From the NCBI GenBank assembly GCA_032718475.1, contig JAUCBJ010002644.1:1-38801 (forward strand): a stretch of 38,801 nt of DNA. Reading direction: 5' to 3'. The notes beneath the pieces were generated by a model that had not been told where the DNA came from, ran no database searches, and saw nothing but the letters and a program-made list of their open reading frames with translations. Of this stretch, positions 25,601-35,612 are shown piece after piece; position 1 is the stretch's first letter; every line of letters starts with the position of its first letter. Origin of the DNA: Nemertoderma westbladi. Its lineage: Eukaryota; Animalia; Xenacoelomorpha. A program made the translations under genes and the position numbers.

Positions 25601-28600
25601 CTTTTGTTCTTACAGTTAGCTAAGAAGCAACCTTGTTTTCTTACAGTTATCTCAGAACGGAACCTTTTGTTCTTACAGTTAGCTAAGAAGCAACCTTGTT
25701 TTCTTACAGTTATCTCAGAACGGAACCTGTTGTTCTTACAGTTAGCTAAGAAGCGAACCTTGTTTTCTTACAGTTATCTCAGAACGGAACCTGTTGTTCT
25801 TACAGATAGCTAAGAAGCGAACATTGTTTTTTTTCAGAACGGAACCTTTTGTTCCTACAGTTAGCTAAGAAGCAACCTTGTTTTCTTACAGTTATCTCAG
25901 AACGGAACCTTTTGTTCTTACAGTTAGCTAAGAAGCGAACCTTGTTTTCTTACAGTTATCTTAGAACGGAACCTTTTGTTCTTACAGTTAGCTAAGACTT
26001 GTTTTCTTACAGTTATCTCAGAACGGAACCTGTTGTTCTTACAGTTAGCTAAGAAGCGAACCTTGTTTTCTTACAGTTATCTCAGAACTGAACCTGTTGT
26101 TCTTACAGATAGCTAAGAAGCGAACATTGTTTTTTCAGAACGGAACCTTTTGTTCTTACAGTTAGCTAAGAAACAACCTTGTTTTCTTACAGTTAGCTAA
26201 GATGCGAACCTTGTTTTCTTACAGTTATCTCAGAACGGAACCTTTTGTTCTTACAGTTAGCTAAGATGCGAACATTGTTTTCATACAGTTATCTCAGAAC
26301 GGAACCTTTTGTTCTTACAGTTATCTAAGAAGCGAGCCTTGTTTTCTTACAGTTATCTTAGAACGGAACCTTTTGTTCTTACAGTTAGCTAAGAAGCAAC
26401 CTTGTTTTCTTACAGTTCTCTCAGAACGGAACCTGTTGTTCTTACAGTTAGCTAAGGAGCAACCTTGTTTTCTTACAGTTATCTCAAAACGGAACCTTTT
26501 GTTCTTACAGTTAGCTAAGAAGCGAACCTTGTTTTCTTACAGTTCTCTTAGAACGGAACCTTGTGTTCTTACAGTTAGCTAAGAAGCAACCTTGTTTTCT
26601 TACAGTTATCTCAGAACGGAACCTTTTGTTCTTACAGTTAGCTAAGAAGCGAACCTTGTTTTCTTACAGTTATCTCAGAACGGAACCTTTTGTTCTTACA
26701 GTTAGCTAAGAAGCAACCTTGTTTTCTTACAGTTATCTCAGAACGGAACCTTTTGTTCTTACAGTTAGCTAAAAAGCGAACCTTGTTTTCTTACAGTTAT
26801 CTCAGAACGGAACCTTTTGTTCTTACAGTTAGCTACGAAGCGAACCTTGTTTTCTTACAGTTATCTCAGAACGGAACCTTTTGTTCTTACAGTTAGCTAA
26901 GAAGCGAACCTTGTTTTCTTACAGTTAAATTAGAACGGAACCTTTTGTTCTTACAGTTAGCTAAGAAGCAACCTTGTTTTCTTACATTTATCTCAGAACG
27001 GAACCTGTTGTTCTTACAGTTAGTTAAGAAGCGATCCTTGTTTTCTTACAGTTATCTCAGAACGGAACCTGTTGTTCTTACAGTTAGCTAAGAAGCAACC
27101 TTGTTTTCTTACAGTTAAATTAGAACGGAACCTTTTGTTCTTACAGTTAGCTAAGAAGCAACCTTGTTTTCTTACATTTATCTCAGAACGGAACCTGTTG
27201 TTCTTACAGTTAGTTAAGAAGCGATCCTTGTTTTCTTACAGTTATCTCAGAACGGAACCTGTTGTTCTTACAGTTAGCTAAGAAGCAACCTTGTTTTCTT
27301 ACAGTTATCTCAGAACGGAACCTTTTGTTCTTACAGTTAGCTAAGAAGCGAACCTTGTTTTCTTACAGTTATCTTAGAACGGAACCTTTTGTTCTTACAG
27401 TTAGCTAAGACTTGTTTTCTTACAGTTATCTCAGAACGGAACCTGTTGTTCTTACAGTTAGCTAAGAAGCGAACCTTGTTTTCTTACAGTTATCTCAGAA
27501 CTGAACCTGTTGTTCTTACAGATAGCTAAGAAGCGAACATTGTTTTTTCAGAACGGAACCTTTTGTTCTTACAGTTAGCTAAGAAGCAACCTTGTTTTCT
27601 TACAGTTATCTCAGAACGGAACCTTTTGTTCTTACAGTTATCTAAGAAGCGAGCCTTGTTTTCTTACAGTTATCTTAGAACGGAACCTTTTGTTCTTACA
27701 GTTAGCTAAGAAGCAACCTTGTTTTCTTACAGTTCTCTCAGAACGGAACCTGTTGTTCTTACAGTTAGCTAAGAAGCAACCTTGTTTTCTTACAGTTATC
27801 TCAAAACGGAACCTTTTGTTCTTACAGTTAGCTAAGAAGCGAACCTTGTTTTCTTACAGTTCTCTTAGAACGGAACCTTGTGTTCTTACAGTTAGCTAAG
27901 AAGCAACCTTGTTTTCTTACAGTTATCTCAGAACGGAACCTTTTGTTCTTACAGTTAGCTAAGAAGCGAACCTTGTTTTCTTACAGTTATCTCAGAACGG
28001 AACCTTTTGTTCTTACAGTTAGCTAAGAAGCAACCTTGTTTTCTTACAGTTATCTCAGAACGGAACCTTTTGTTCTTACAGTTAGCTAAGAAGCGAACCC
28101 TGTTTTCTTACAGTTATCTCAGAACGGAACCTTTTGTTCTTACAGTTAGCTAAGAAGCGAACCTTGTTTTCTTACAGTTATCTCAGAACGGAAGCTTTGG
28201 TTCTTACAGTTAGCTAAGAAGCGAACCTTGTTTTTACAGTTATCTCAGAACTGAACCTTTTGTTCTTACAGTTAGCTAAGATGCGAACATTGTTTTCTTA
28301 CAGTTATCTCAGAACGGAACCTTTTGTTCTTACAGTTAGCTAAGATGCAAACATTGTTTTCTTACAGTTATCTCAAAACGGAACCTTTTGTTCTTACAGT
28401 TAGCTAAGAAGCGAACCTTGTTTTCTTACAGTTAGCTAAGATGCGAACATTGTTTTTTTACTGTTATCTCAGAACAGAACCTTTTGTTCTTACAGTTAGC
28501 TAAGAAGCGAACCTTGTTTTCTTACAGTTATCTCAGAACGGAACCTTTTGTTCTTACAGTTAGCTAAGAAGCTAACCTTGTTTTCTTACAGTTATCTCAG

Positions 28601-31600
28601 AACGGAAGCTTTGGTTCTTACAGTTAGCTAAGAAGCGAACCTTGTTTTCTGACAGTTATCTCAGAACGGAACCTTTTGTTCTTACAGTTAGCTAAGATGC
28701 GAACATTGTTTTCTTACAGTTATCTCAGAACGGAACCTTTTGTTCTTACAGTTAGCTAAGATGCGAACCTTGTTTTCTTACAGTTATCTCAGAACGGAAC
28801 CTTTTGTTCTTACAGTTAGCTAAGATGTGAACATTGTTTTCTTACAGTTACTTCAGAACGGAACCTTTTGTTCTTACAGATAGCTAAGAAGCGAACATTG
28901 TTTTTTCAGAACGGAACCTTTTGTTCTTACAGTTAGCTAAGAAGCAACCTTGTTTTCTTACAGTTATCTCAGAACGGAACCTTTTGTTCTTACCAGTTAG
29001 CTAAGAAGCGAACCTTGTTTTCTTACAGTTATCTCAGAACGGAAGCTTTGGTTCTTACAGTTAGCTAAGAAGCGAACCTTGTTTTTTACAGTTATTTCAG
29101 AGCGGAACCTTTTGTTCTTACAGTTAGCTAAGATGCGAACATTGTTTTCTTACAGTTATCTCAGAACGGAACCTTTTGTTCTTACAGTTATCTAAGAAGC
29201 GAGCCTTGTTTTCTTACAGTTATCTTAGAACGGAACCTTTTGTTCTTACAGTTAGCTAAGAAGCAACCTTGTTTTCTTACAGTTCTCTCAGAACGGAACC
29301 TGTTGTTCTTACAGTTAGCTAAGAAGCAACCTTGTTTTCTTACAGTTATCTCAAAACGGAACCTTTTGTTCTTACAGTTAGCTAAGAAGCGAACCTTGTT
29401 TTCTTACAGTTCTCTTAGAACGGAACCTTGTGTTCTTACAGTTAGCTAAGAAGCAACCTTGTTTTCTTACAGTTATCTCAGAACGGAACCTTTTGTTCTT
29501 ACAGTTAGCTAAGAAGCGAACCTTGTTTTCTTACAGTTATCTCAGAACGGAACCTTTTGTTCTTACAGTTAGCTAAGAAGCAACCTTGTTTTCTTACAGT
29601 TATCTCAGAACGGAACCTTTTGTTCTTACAGTTAGCTAAGAAGCGAACCTTGTTTTCTTACAGTTATCTCAGAACGGAACCTTTTGTTCTTACAGTTAGC
29701 TACGAAGCGAACCTTGTTTTCTTACAGTTATCTCAGAACGGAACCTTTTGTTCTTACAGTTAGCTAAGAAGCGAACCTTGTTTTCTTACAGTTAAATTAG
29801 AACGGAACCTTTTGTTCTTACAGTTAGCTAAGAAGCAACCTTGTTTTCTTACAGTTATCTCAGAACGGAACCTGTTGTTCTTACAGTTAGTTAAGAAGCG
29901 ATCCTTGTTTTCTTACAGTTATCTCAGAACGGAACCTGTTGTTCTTACAGTTAGCTAAGAAGCAACCTTGTTTTCTTACAGTTATCTCAGAACGGAACCT
30001 TTTGTTTTTACAGTTAGCTAAGAAGCGAACCTTGTTTTCTTACAGTTCTCTTAGAACGGAACCTTTTGTTCTTACAGTTAGCTAAGAAGCAACCTTGTTT
30101 TCTTACATTTATCTCAGAACGGAACCTGTTGTTCTTACAGTTAGCTAAGAAGCGAACCTTGTTTTCTTACAGTTATCTCAGAACGGAACCTTTTGTTCTT
30201 ACAGTTAGCTAAGAAGCAACCTTATTTTCTTACAGTTATCTCAGAACGGAACCTGTTGTTCTTACAGTTAGCTAAGAAGCGAACCTTGTTTTCTTACAGT
30301 TACTTCAGAACGGAACCTTTTGTTCTTACAGATAGCTAAGAAGCGAACATTGTTTTTTCAGAACGGAACCTTTTGTTCTTACAGTTAGCTAAGAAGCAAC
30401 CTTGTTTTCTTACAGTTATCTCAGAACGGAACCTTTTGTTATTACCAGTTAGCTAAGAAGCGAACCTTGTTTTCTTACAGTTATCTCAGAACGGAAGCTT
30501 TGGTTCTTACAGTTAGCTAAGAAGCGAACCTTGTTTTTTACAGTTATTTCAGAGCGGAACCTTTTGTTCTTACAGTTAGCTAAGATGCGAACATTGTTTT
30601 CTTACAGTTATCTCAGAACGGAACCTTTTGTTCTTACAGTTATCTAAGAAGCGAGCCTTGTTTTCTTACAGTTATCTTAGAACGGAACCTTTTGTTCTTA
30701 CAGTTAGCTAAGAAGCAACCTTGTTTTCTTACAGTTCTCTCAGAACGGAACCTGTTGTTCTTACAGTTAGCTAAGAAGCAACCTTGTTTTCTTACAGTTA
30801 TCTCAAAACGGAACCTTTTGTTCTTACAGTTAGCTAAGAAGCGAACCTTGTTTTCTTACAGTTCTCTTAGAACGGAACCTTGTGTTCTTACAGTTAGCTA
30901 AGAAGCAACCTTGTTTTCTTACAGTTATCTCAGAACGGAACCTTTTGTTCTTACAGTTAGCTAAGAAGCGAACCTTGTTTTCTTACAGTTATCTCAGAAC
31001 GGAACCTTTTGTTCTTACAGTTATCTAAGAAGCAACCTTGTTTTCTTACAGTTATCTCAGAACGGAACCTTTTGTTCTTACAGTTAGCTAAGAAGCGAAC
31101 CTTGTTTTCTTACAGTTATCTCAGAACGGAACCTTTTGTTCTTACAGTTAGCTACGAAGCGAACCTTGTTTTCTTACAGTTATCTCAGAACGGAACCTTT
31201 TGTTCTTACAGTTAGCTAAGAAGCGAACCTTGTTTTCTTACAGTTAAATTAGAACGGAACCTTTTGTTCTTACAGTTAGCTAAGAAGCAACCTTGTTTTC
31301 TTACAGTTATCTCAGAACGGAACCTGTTGTTCTTACAGTTAGTTAAGAAGCGATCCTTGTTTTCTTACAGTTATCTCAGAACGGAACCTGTTGTTCTTAC
31401 AGTTAGCTAAGAAGCAACCTTGTTTTCTTACAGTTATCTCAGAACGGAACCTTTTGTTTTTACAGTTAGCTAAGAAGCGAACCTTGTTTTCTTACAGTTC
31501 TCTTAGAACGGAACCTTTTGTTCTTACAGTTAGCTAAGAAGCAACCTTGTTTTCTTACATTTATCTCAGAACGGAACCTGTTGTTCTTACAGTTAGCTAA

Positions 31601-33143
31601 GAAGCGAACCTTGTTTTCTTACAGTTATCTCAGAACGGAACCTTTTGTTCTTACAGTTAGCTAAGAAGCAACCTTATTTTCTTACAGTTATCTCAGAACG
31701 GAACCTGTTGTTCTTACAGTTAGCTAAGAAGCGAACCTTGTTTTCTTACAGTTATCTCAGAACGGAACCTTTTGTTCTTACAGTTAGCTAAGAAGCAACC
31801 TTGTTTTCTTACAGTTATCTCAGAACGGAACCTTTTGTTCTTACAGTTAGCTAAGAAGCGAACCTTGTTGTCTTACAGTTATCTCAGAACGGAACCTTTT
31901 GTTCTTACAGTTAGCTAAGAAGCGAACCTTGTTTTCTTACAGTTATCTCAGAACGGAACCTTTTGTTCTTACAGTTAGCTAAGAAGCAACCTTGTTTTCT
32001 TACAGTTATCTCAGAACGGAACCTTTTGTTCTTACAGTTAGCTAAGAAGCAACCTTGTTTTCTTACAGTTATCTCAGAACGGAACCTTTTGTTCTTACAG
32101 TTAGCTAAGAAGCGAACCTTGTTTTCTTACAGTTATCTCAGAACGGAACCTTTTGTTCTTACAATTAGCTAAGAAGCGAACCTTGTTTTCTTACAGTTAC
32201 CTCAGAACTAGGCTCTCGGGGCAAATACCACACCCTGGTTTGCCATTCCACAGGGTGGGTGTCGCAATGGAGTCAGATATGAGGCCCATCACCCATATCT
32301 ACTCTGGCGTACATGACCCACCATTGGCTGTTGCAGCTCATCTGCTGGGTCATGCTCTGTACCCTTGCTGCCAGGTGCAGGTCGCAGTGAAGTGCCCTCA
32401 GAGTGGACATGAGAACACTCTACTCCTAACCAGCCATTGGTAGATCACCATCTGCCTGGTCAGGCCATATACCCCTGCAGCCAAGTATATGGGTCCTTAA
32501 TCCAGGACCAAGGGCGTCCTTATCCCAGAACGAAGGGGGTCCTAGTTACAGGACCAGATTTGCCCTAGTAAGAGGGTCTATGCAGCTACAGGTGGCACCT
32601 CCTTTATGCTGCATGGAGGTGGCAAGTTTTCTTGATCAATGACCTAGAATACCTGACCTGACCTTCGGATCAGAACGGAACCTTTTGTTCTTACAGTTAG
32701 CTAAGAAGCGAACCTTGTTTTCTTACAGTTATCTCAGAACGGAACCTTTTGTTCTTACAGTTAGCTAAGAAGCGAACCTTGTTTTCTTACAGTTATCTCA
32801 GAACGGAACCATTAATTCTTACAGTTAGCTAAGAGGCGAACCTTGTTTTCTTACAGTTACCTCAGAACGGAACCATTTGTTCTTACAGTTAGCTAAGAGG
32901 CGAACCTTGTTTTCTTACAGTTATCTCAGAACGGAACCTTTTGTTCTTACAGTTAGCTAAGAATCGAACCTTGTTTTCTTACAGTTTTCTCAGAACGGAA
33001 CCTGTTGTTCTTACAGTTAGCTAAGAAGCGAACCTTGTTTTCTTACAGTTATCTCAGAACGGAACCTTTTGTTCTTACAGTTAGCTAAGAAGCAACCTTG
33101 TTTTCTTACAGTTACCTCAGAACGGAACCTTTTGTTCTTACAG
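7682..33143 (+). repeat. ~25.5-kb intronic satellite of 31-32 bp units: A = TTAGCTAAGAA(G/A)C(G)AACCTTGTTTTCTTACAG, B = TTATCTCAGAACGGAACCTTTTGTTCTTACAG, mostly as a 63/64-bp AB dimer with nested higher-order repeats
   Basis: Continuous tandem units without spacers, about 790 estimated from length divided by unit size. Interrupted once at 32209-32669. The last unit ends at the CAG acceptor (33141-33143) of a coding exon. Confidence 0.98.
32209..32669. mobile_element. 461-bp GC-richer insertion, probable short or truncated non-LTR retroposon
   Basis: It splits a B unit and is flanked by the 7-bp direct repeat TCAGAAC (32202-32208 and 32670-32676). An ACCTG tandem lies near the right end (32651-32664). 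No TIRs and no credible ORF. Confidence 0.75.
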
Positions 33144-33386
33144 TTAGCTAGGGACGGAACCTCAGCCTGGACCTACGAACCTACGAGGCAGTTATGGTAT
33201 TACCATAGCAACCCCGGCATGGCACCCCAGCTCAACTTTAACAACGCCAACGTCTCCCAAGCGGTTCTGGACGCCCTTGTCTACTGGGTTAACGAAGTCG
33301 GGGTCGATGGAGTGGTTATACCCAACGCTGATTACCTCACCGTGGACACCAGCTTCAAGGATGAACCTGGGAACAACGGTACAGGG
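33144..33386 (+). CDS. Internal exon of a GH13 alpha-glucosidase/SLC3 (rBAT/4F2hc) heavy-chain-like gene: LARDGTSAWTY...DEPGNNGTG
   Basis: TTCTTACAG acceptor and GTAGGT donor at 33387; 243 nt, phase 0/0. The translation matches maltase/rBAT motifs G.SAW.Y...RQ.WYYH, P.LNF.N..V, W...GVDG and DEP. Confidence 0.9.
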
Positions 33387-33413
33387 GTAGGTAGATATTA
33401 CTTATTTTTTAGT

Positions 33414-33474
33414 TTGGTAACCGGGCGCACTTAGCTTGGAACCCGGGCGCACTTAGCTTGGTACCCGGGCGCAC
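33414..33474. repeat. 22-bp tandem repeat x~2.7 (CCGGGCGCACTTAGCTTGG[A/T]AC)
   Basis: CCGGGCGCAC starts at 33421, 33443 and 33465. Confidence 0.9.
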
Positions 33475-33720
33475 ACTAAATTATTCTGAACTAAAATGAA
33501 TATTCTAATGTATATGTGTCTAGCGCCTGCGAATATTCGTTTGCGAAACTTTTCGGCCACTTTTTGTGAGTTTGGGCCAATAAATAATATAGCTAAAAAT
33601 TATTTAAGGAAAAAATAATAAATAATATAATTAAATATGATTATAGGGAAACAATGCTTTTCCATAGTTCAATAAATACCTATTCCCGCTGTGGTGACTC
33701 AGTATCTTAATTTTAATTAG

Positions 33721-33999
33721 TACGATGGGTTGAGTCATGATTACACCACAGACCAAAACTCTACTCTGGAACTACTAAAGAAATGGAAGGATGCTCTCGC
33801 TAAGTACTCGGTGCTGGAAGCCACAAAGAGTCTCATAGCGGACACACGTCATCAACGAGTTGTCGCTCACATCTCTGACGTCACAGACAGCGTCATCAAC
33901 CAAGCCCTCATCTACGAAGCTGAGGACGATATCACTGTGGAACTACTTAATGAGATATTCTTGAAGAATATTACCTTGGATACACACGAATTCTGGGAG
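33721..33999 (+). CDS. Next exon of the GH13/SLC3-like gene: YDGLSHDYTTDQNSTLELLKKWKDAL...THEFWE
   Basis: TTTTAATTAG acceptor ending at 33720 and GTCAGT donor at 34000; 279 nt, phase 0/0. It matches the Y..L.H.YT.DQ..T..L...W segment of animal maltases/rBAT. Confidence 0.88.
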
Positions 34000-34307
34000 G
34001 TCAGTAAAACCCATTGAGTCACTGTCTTTTAGAGAACTGGTCGTTACTGTTTCCAAAGATGTGATTAATAAATAGACCCCGATCGGGGGTGTATATTTAA
34101 AATCAATTTATATATATATTTATTTTCATTTATTACTATATTTGATATGTTGTTACTCAATATAATGTTACACTCGACATAGCAACAGTAACTACGGCAT
34201 CACAGAAGTTATTGTGTTTTCACTAATTTTTTTATTTGAATTAGTTTTTTTTTATTTAATTGTGTCTCTTATTATGATATTAACTATCGATTTTTTTCCC
34301 CTCCCAG

Positions 34308-34719
34308 TTGAGTACGGCCAACTCGGACCGTTTCTACTCCCGCTTCGACTCTTCCTCTCTCCCCGTCTCTCTCTCGTTGATTAGCACCCTCGTCAAGGGA
34401 ACCGCCGTCGTCTACCAGGGCGACGAGCTGCATCTGGAGGTCGGGGTTCCGGTGTCCCCGTTCCCGTGGAACGCAACCGCCCCCAACTACGGATTCACGG
34501 AGTCGGATGTGACCCCGTGGGTCGAGTCGCCGGTCTACCCGGCGTCGGCCAACGTGGTCTCCATGGAGGCCAACAACGGGTCTGTGTTGCACGCGCATCG
34601 CGCGGTCAACAGACTGCGGGTGGAGGAACCGGCGTTGTACAACGGCGGGATGATGGCCGCCAAATCGGATAAACCCGAGTCGGTGTTCGCGTTCTGTCGA
34701 CATCTATACGGCTGGCCGA
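34308..34719 (+). CDS. Next exon of the GH13/SLC3-like gene: LSTANSDRFYSRF...GTAVVYQGDEL...PFPW...LRVEEPAL...VFAFCRHLYGWP
   Basis: TTTTTTTCCCCTCCCAG acceptor ending at 34307 and GTGAGT donor at 34720; phase 0/1. GH13 motifs PGT...YYGEE, TPFQW, GF, LR..EPAL and VFAF.R are recognisable. The final exon(s) were not identified in the window. Confidence 0.9.
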
Positions 34720-35283
34720 GTGAGTATAAAGCAAAGTAGGACGTAAAATAGTAAAGTATTGCGTGTTGTAAACTACAATAATAGTCGTATAAAGTTGTTT
34801 TGTGCCGTGGAGCACTGTGTTGTGTTTAGTATGGTAGTGATAGTACCTTGTCGTCGGATACGAACACATCTTTAATGATTGATACGAATGTGATTTTTAG
34901 GAAATGCATGAAAAATCAAAGATACTAAATTTATCGTATCGTATTTTACCCTAATTAATAATTTATTGTAGTTTCTGCTCTAATAAATCAGAAATATTAG
35001 TTCAGCGATATATTTGGTTTAGCAATTTGGTTATTCCTGAATTCTAATAATGTATTTATTTAATTAATTTTTAATGATACATCTCGAGCAACTCATTATA
35101 ATAATGTTCCTATAGTTTGCTGCGGTTACTGGTTCAAGTTATTTTAATAATAATATTATATACGGATACGCCCCCAGTCGGGGAAATAGTCACACAGGTT
35201 ACTTTAATTTATTGTAAACTAATATTATTTAAATTATTAAATTTTGAGTTTAAAAAGATAATAAAAAAACGGGTGTAAACGTT

Positions 35284-35550
35284 AAGCAGACACTGGTGCA
35301 ACAGTGGTGCAGACAGTGGTGCAGACACCTGGTGCAAACAGTGGTGCAGACACCTGGTGCAAACAGTGGTGCAGATAGTGGTGCAGACACCTGGTGCAAA
35401 CAGTGGTGCAGATAGTGGTGCAGACAGTGGTGCAGACACCTGGTGCAGACAGTGGTGCAGACAGTGATGCAGACAGTGATGCAGACAGTGATGCAGACAG
35501 TGGTGCAGACAATGGTGCAGACAGTGGTGCAGACACCTGGTGTAGACAGT
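35284..35550. repeat. 12-bp tandem (GCAGACAGTGGT)n, left arm of the foldback element
   Basis: About 21 copies, with occasional 13-bp GCAGACACCTGGT variants. Confidence 0.95.
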
Positions 35551-35612
35551 AAAGGAGCAGGTTAGTAAAGGAGCAGGTTTCAGAGGAGTATTGGGGGAAC
35601 CAAAACAATAAA

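Noticed and set aside
12550-32172. About 30 near-identical MFLQLAKK... ORFs
   Set aside because: These are TTG-initiated chance frames produced by 63-bp dimers of the satellite. They have no ATG and constant frameshifts.
32153-32443. 96-aa ORF
   Set aside because: It is a chimera of satellite and the inserted element, with no recognisable domain.
7682-33143. CRISPR array (32-bp repeat size)
   Set aside because: The units are directly adjacent with no unique spacers, there are no cas genes, and the context is a eukaryotic intron.
7682-33143. Canonical recursive-splicing (ratchet) sites
   Set aside because: Ratchet points need AG|GT, but the units read CAG|TT. GTTAGC overlaps the acceptor G and is only a weak donor mimic.
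34077-34088. Palindrome CCCCGATCGGGG
   Set aside because: An isolated 12-bp palindrome in an intron with no supporting context.
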